This document shows, in pieces, positions 32,064 through 35,328 of a stretch of 35,328 bases of DNA. The notes beneath the pieces were generated by a model. That model did not search any database. It was not told the origin of the DNA and saw nothing but the letters and a program-made list of their open reading frames with translations. Position numbers and translations under genes: made by a program. The DNA comes from a candidate division WOR-3 bacterium (GTDB taxonomy: Bacteria > Hydrothermota > UBA3072 > B12-G15): contig CBFGJG010000019.1 in NCBI GenBank assembly GCA_965649055.1, positions 1 to 35,328 of the forward strand, given 5' to 3'. The number at the start of each line of letters is the position of its first letter. Positions within the stretch are counted from its first letter, which is position 1.

Positions 32064-33101
32064 ATGGAAGAGTTCCTTTTAAAGATAGAAAAAAATAAAA
32101 AGCTATGGGATATATTCACAAGGAAAGAAGAATATAAATCTGATTATAAAGATATTCACGGAAGATTTCCTTACTTCTTTTCGGATTATAAAGATATTTT
32201 AAAACCAAAGGTTTCTGAATATCTTATTAAGAATGGAATTTTTAATATTGAATACCCTGATAAAAAGAGGTTTGCAGTATGCCTGACACATGATATAGAT
32301 ATATTGTTCCTTTCGGGAAGGAAAATAGCAAAAGAATATATAAGAGCATTGAAAAAATTTGATATAAAAAATACTATCGAAACCATTATTAGTTCTCTTT
32401 ATAAAAGAAAAAGCAGATTATTTAATTTTGAATTTATAATGGATGTTGAAAAAAAATATGGTGCGAAGTCCACATTCTTTATTATGGCTATTGATAAATG
32501 GGATTTTGAATTCAATTACAGGGTTGAGGAATTGAAGGATGAGATAAGATATATCATTGAGAATGGTTTTGAAATAGGTTTGCATGGTGGATATGAAACT
32601 TATAAAGATATTGATAGAATGAAAAAAGAAAAGGAAAGGGTTGAAAATATTTCGCTAAAAGAGGTTATTGGTTACAGAAATCATTATTTAAGATTCAAAA
32701 TCCCCATTACATGGGAATTATTAAAGGAAGCTGGTTTTGAATATGATTCAACCTTTGGATATACAGAGATGTTAGGGTTTAAAAATGGAATGTGTCATCC
32801 ATTCAAACCTTTTAATGTAAATTCATATGAATTTATCGATATTTTTGAGTTTCCCTTAAACATAATAGATGAGACTTTATTCACACGTATGGGGTTGAGT
32901 TTTGAGACTGCATGGGAAGTTGTTTCTATGATGATAGATGAAACTGAAAAAAATAAAGGTGTAATAACTATACTCTGGCATAACACTAATTTTTTTGGAG
33001 AAAGGCTTGAATTTTATGAAAGAATCCTTGAATACTGTAGTGATAAAAATGCCTGGATTACAAGTTGTGAAGATATATGGAGATACTTTTTCAATTCTTA
33101 A
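32064..33101 (+). CDS. Polysaccharide deacetylase (CE4-like) family protein
   Basis: FAVCLTHDID, KSTFF, EIGLHG, GYRNHYLRF, YDST, ILWHN. Confidence 0.88.
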   Translation: MEEFLLKIEKNKKLWDIFTRKEEYKSDYKDIHGRFPYFFSDYKDILKPKVSEYLIKNGIFNIEYPDKKRFAVCLTHDIDILFLSGRKIAKEYIRALKKFDIKNTIETIISSLYKRKSRLFNFEFIMDVEKKYGAKSTFFIMAIDKWDFEFNYRVEELKDEIRYIIENGFEIGLHGGYETYKDIDRMKKEKERVENISLKEVIGYRNHYLRFKIPITWELLKEAGFEYDSTFGYTEMLGFKNGMCHPFKPFNVNSYEFIDIFEFPLNIIDETLFTRMGLSFETAWEVVSMMIDETEKNKGVITILWHNTNFFGERLEFYERILEYCSDKNAWITSCEDIWRYFFNS

Positions 33102-33127
33102 GAAAAAACTTGAATAATTTATTTTTT

Positions 33128-33136
33128 TGCTATAAT
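33128..33136 (+). promoter_or_regulatory. Extended -10 promoter
   Basis: TGcTATAAT, followed by a GAGGTG SD before ATG 33160. Confidence 0.6.
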
Positions 33137-33159
33137 TATTAATAAAGTTTGAGGTGTCT

Positions 33160-35178
33160 ATGCTTTATTTCATTATTGGAAATTTTTTGTTAAATCCATC
33201 TTTTGAGGTTTGGAATTCAGGGAATCCTGAAAATTGGTTTTTGTCGGGAACAGGGATTTCTTTCTTTCAAGAAACAGATACAATTTATAAAGGAAGTTAT
33301 TCCTGCAAGATATTGCTTCAGGATACAACAACTTTGTGGTTATATCAGAGATTACCTGTTAAACCTGATAGTATATATAATTTTACATTCTTTATCTATG
33401 ATAATGACCCTGCCGGAAGGGCGAGATGGACGATAAAATTCTTTCTTTCAAATGGTTCTACACAGACACAGTACAGTGGTAATTATTCGGTTAATAAGCC
33501 TTACTGGCAGTATATGTCAACAGGAGGTATAACAGCACCTTCAAATGCAGAGTCTATGGAAGTGCAGATAAGATTTTATGATAGCCTTCAAGTCTGGGAT
33601 GGAGATGCCGAATTTTTCATAGATAATCTTTATCTTTGTTATCCTGCCCAGGATACACCAAATATTGTAATAAATGAAATACACTACAATCCTGCGACAG
33701 CACAGGGTTCTGATCCATATTTTGAATTCGTTGAAATATTTAACCCGTCGTTTGAAGACACTATAAATCTCACGCAATATCAACTCACAGACGGTGAGGA
33801 AACATTCATATTCCCTTCTATTGAAATACCACCTGAGGAATTCGTTGTAATATCCACAAATTTAGATTCTTTTTTTGCGGAAACTGAATACATAGATGAT
33901 ATTTTGAATAATAACGACCAGATAATCGGTCCATGGGGTTCTATTGCGTTGGGTAACAGTGGAGATGAGGTTGTTTTAAAGAATGCCGATTTTGTAACTA
34001 TTGATTCTGTAAGATATGGTACATCTTCACCCTGGCCACCATCACCAAATGGTAATGGTCCATCACTTGAACTAATAGATTGGACAGCAGATAATAATAA
34101 CTATGCAAACTGGGGTGCTTCCAATGAAACTTTTGGAACACCGGGAGAACCAAATACAATTGCAAATCCAGCACCAACAATAGGTAAGATCCTGAGATTT
34201 CCATATATACCATATTCATCAGAGCCTGAGACAATAAAATCAAGGATTGTTGATAATAATTCTGTCTCTTCTTGTAAATTTTTATACTGGTTACAGAATT
34301 CAGATATAGATTCAATCAATATGACAAGGGGTTTGAATGACACATTTTATTGCATTATCCAAGGACAAACCAATGGAACAAGGCTTGATTCTTTCTTTAT
34401 TAAGGCAATCGATAATGAATCAAAGGTTTCTTTTTCAGATACAACAAAAGGTTTCTTCTGGGGTATTACAAATATTCAGGATATAAGAATAAATAATAAC
34501 AATGGTTCACCATTATACAGTGGATACGATGTAAGGGTCTGTGGTGTTGTTACTGCTGCTGAAAGTGTATTTGCAGTGAATTATCTTTTATTCTATTTAC
34601 AGGATGGAACAGGTGGTATTGCCTGTCATGACCCTGACCCTAACAAAATAAGACCTATTCATGAAAATGATTCCCTTGAGGTTATAGGAACTATTGTTAA
34701 TTTCGCAGGTGAGACACAACTAAAATATGTCGGTAATTATATAACATATCTCGGAGAAGGTAATCCAGTTACACCGCAGATAATTTCCATTTCACAGATG
34801 GGTGAGGCATATGAAGGGAAACTTGTAACTATACAGAATGTAGATACTGCATATCATTCACCATGGGAGTTGGGCGTCAATACCCTTGATACAATATTAG
34901 ATTATTCAAAGGCATTAGGCCTGATCTGGATAGACCTTGACACAGATATAGATGGATGGGGACCTGACTGGAGGACTAACCAGAATATAACCGGTATATT
35001 GAGGCAATACGATACTTCTTCACCTTATACATCCGGTTATGAAATTTCACCGAGAAGGCAGATAGATTTTTCACCTTTCCTTGGAACATTTATGATACTC
35101 CTTAATGGATATTCTGATTTAAGTTATGTGAATCTTTTCTGGCAGGCATCTGGAAGATTTGATATTTTTGAAGTATAA
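33160..35178 (+). CDS. Secreted multidomain protein: CBM-like, lamin-tail (LTD) and OB-fold domains; possibly C-terminally truncated
   Basis: LLNPSFE.W; LTD motifs IVINEIHYNP, EFVEIFN, LGNSGD, GTPG.PN; OB pattern GVVTA..FYLQDGTGGI..EAYEGKLV. ATG 33160 preferred over GTG 33154. Confidence 0.8.
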   Translation: MLYFIIGNFLLNPSFEVWNSGNPENWFLSGTGISFFQETDTIYKGSYSCKILLQDTTTLWLYQRLPVKPDSIYNFTFFIYDNDPAGRARWTIKFFLSNGSTQTQYSGNYSVNKPYWQYMSTGGITAPSNAESMEVQIRFYDSLQVWDGDAEFFIDNLYLCYPAQDTPNIVINEIHYNPATAQGSDPYFEFVEIFNPSFEDTINLTQYQLTDGEETFIFPSIEIPPEEFVVISTNLDSFFAETEYIDDILNNNDQIIGPWGSIALGNSGDEVVLKNADFVTIDSVRYGTSSPWPPSPNGNGPSLELIDWTADNNNYANWGASNETFGTPGEPNTIANPAPTIGKILRFPYIPYSSEPETIKSRIVDNNSVSSCKFLYWLQNSDIDSINMTRGLNDTFYCIIQGQTNGTRLDSFFIKAIDNESKVSFSDTTKGFFWGITNIQDIRINNNNGSPLYSGYDVRVCGVVTAAESVFAVNYLLFYLQDGTGGIACHDPDPNKIRPIHENDSLEVIGTIVNFAGETQLKYVGNYITYLGEGNPVTPQIISISQMGEAYEGKLVTIQNVDTAYHSPWELGVNTLDTILDYSKALGLIWIDLDTDIDGWGPDWRTNQNITGILRQYDTSSPYTSGYEISPRRQIDFSPFLGTFMILLNGYSDLSYVNLFWQASGRFDIFEV

Positions 35179-35192
35179 GTTAAATCTCTATG

Positions 35193-35250
35193 GCCGTTGC
35201 GCCGAGCCGTTCATTGGTAGTTTTCAGATTATCTTGTCGGTGCAGGCGGC
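35193..35250. other. GC-rich imperfect hairpin of unknown function
   Basis: GCCGTTGCGCCGA (35193-35205) pairs with TCGGTGCAGGCGGC (35237-35250): 13 bp including two G-U pairs and one bulge, 31-nt loop. Confidence 0.55.
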
Positions 35251-35261
35251 TTATTCCTCAC

Positions 35262-35328
35262 GGCGGCGTAGCTCAGCTGGTCAGAGCATGGGATTCATAA
35301 GCCTAGGGTCAGTGGTTCGAATCCACTC
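35262..35328 (+). tRNA. tRNA with CAT anticodon, probably elongator Met (3' end cut by window)
   Basis: GGCGGCG-TA-GCTC D arm, loop TTCATAA, T arm AGTGG-TTCGAAT-CCACT; the 3' acceptor strand is missing. Confidence 0.88.

Noticed and set aside
35179..35185. GTTAAAT matching the integron core site GTTRRRY at the truncation point
   Set aside because: A 7-mer is expected by chance, it is on the wrong side of the hairpin for an attC, and there is no matching inverse core site.

Overview
Low-GC (roughly 30% by eye), very compact chromosomal region of a probably diderm bacterium. The T9SS-like C-terminal domain, heptose genes and meso-DAP-type MurE fit an FCB-related candidate lineage such as WOR-3; this is inference, not a database result. 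1-2.5 kb: a window-truncated HEAT-repeat gene, an HD-GYP gene and tRNA-Leu. 2.6-20 kb (minus strand): a dcw operon (mraZ-rsmH-ftsL-ftsI-murE-murF-mraY-murD-ftsW-murG-murC-murB-ftsQ-ftsA-ftsZ) ending in ligA, with no ddl or lpxC. 20-35 kb: Ig/PKD lipoprotein, tRNA-Phe, htpX, transaldolase, a small Cys-rich accessory operon ending in an internally deleted cupin pseudogene, bioY, an aminotransferase, a secreted T9SS-CTD-like protein, an atypical Hsp100, split heptose kinase and adenylyltransferase genes, a glycine-zipper J-domain protein, a CE4 deacetylase, a lamin-tail/OB-fold secreted protein that looks truncated, a GC-rich hairpin and a truncated tRNA(CAT). I found no mobile element, CRISPR array or defence system. 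Best signals: (1) four SD-less genes start exactly 28 nt after a TTGAC(A/T) -35 box, suggesting leaderless mRNAs, and most promoters have 16-bp spacers; (2) an Hsp100 with a short M-domain and no ClpP loop, divergent from a glycine-zipper J-protein; (3) an FtsZ with altered GTP-contact residues within a diverged divisome; (4) an unexplained structured element upstream of the tRNA(CAT).
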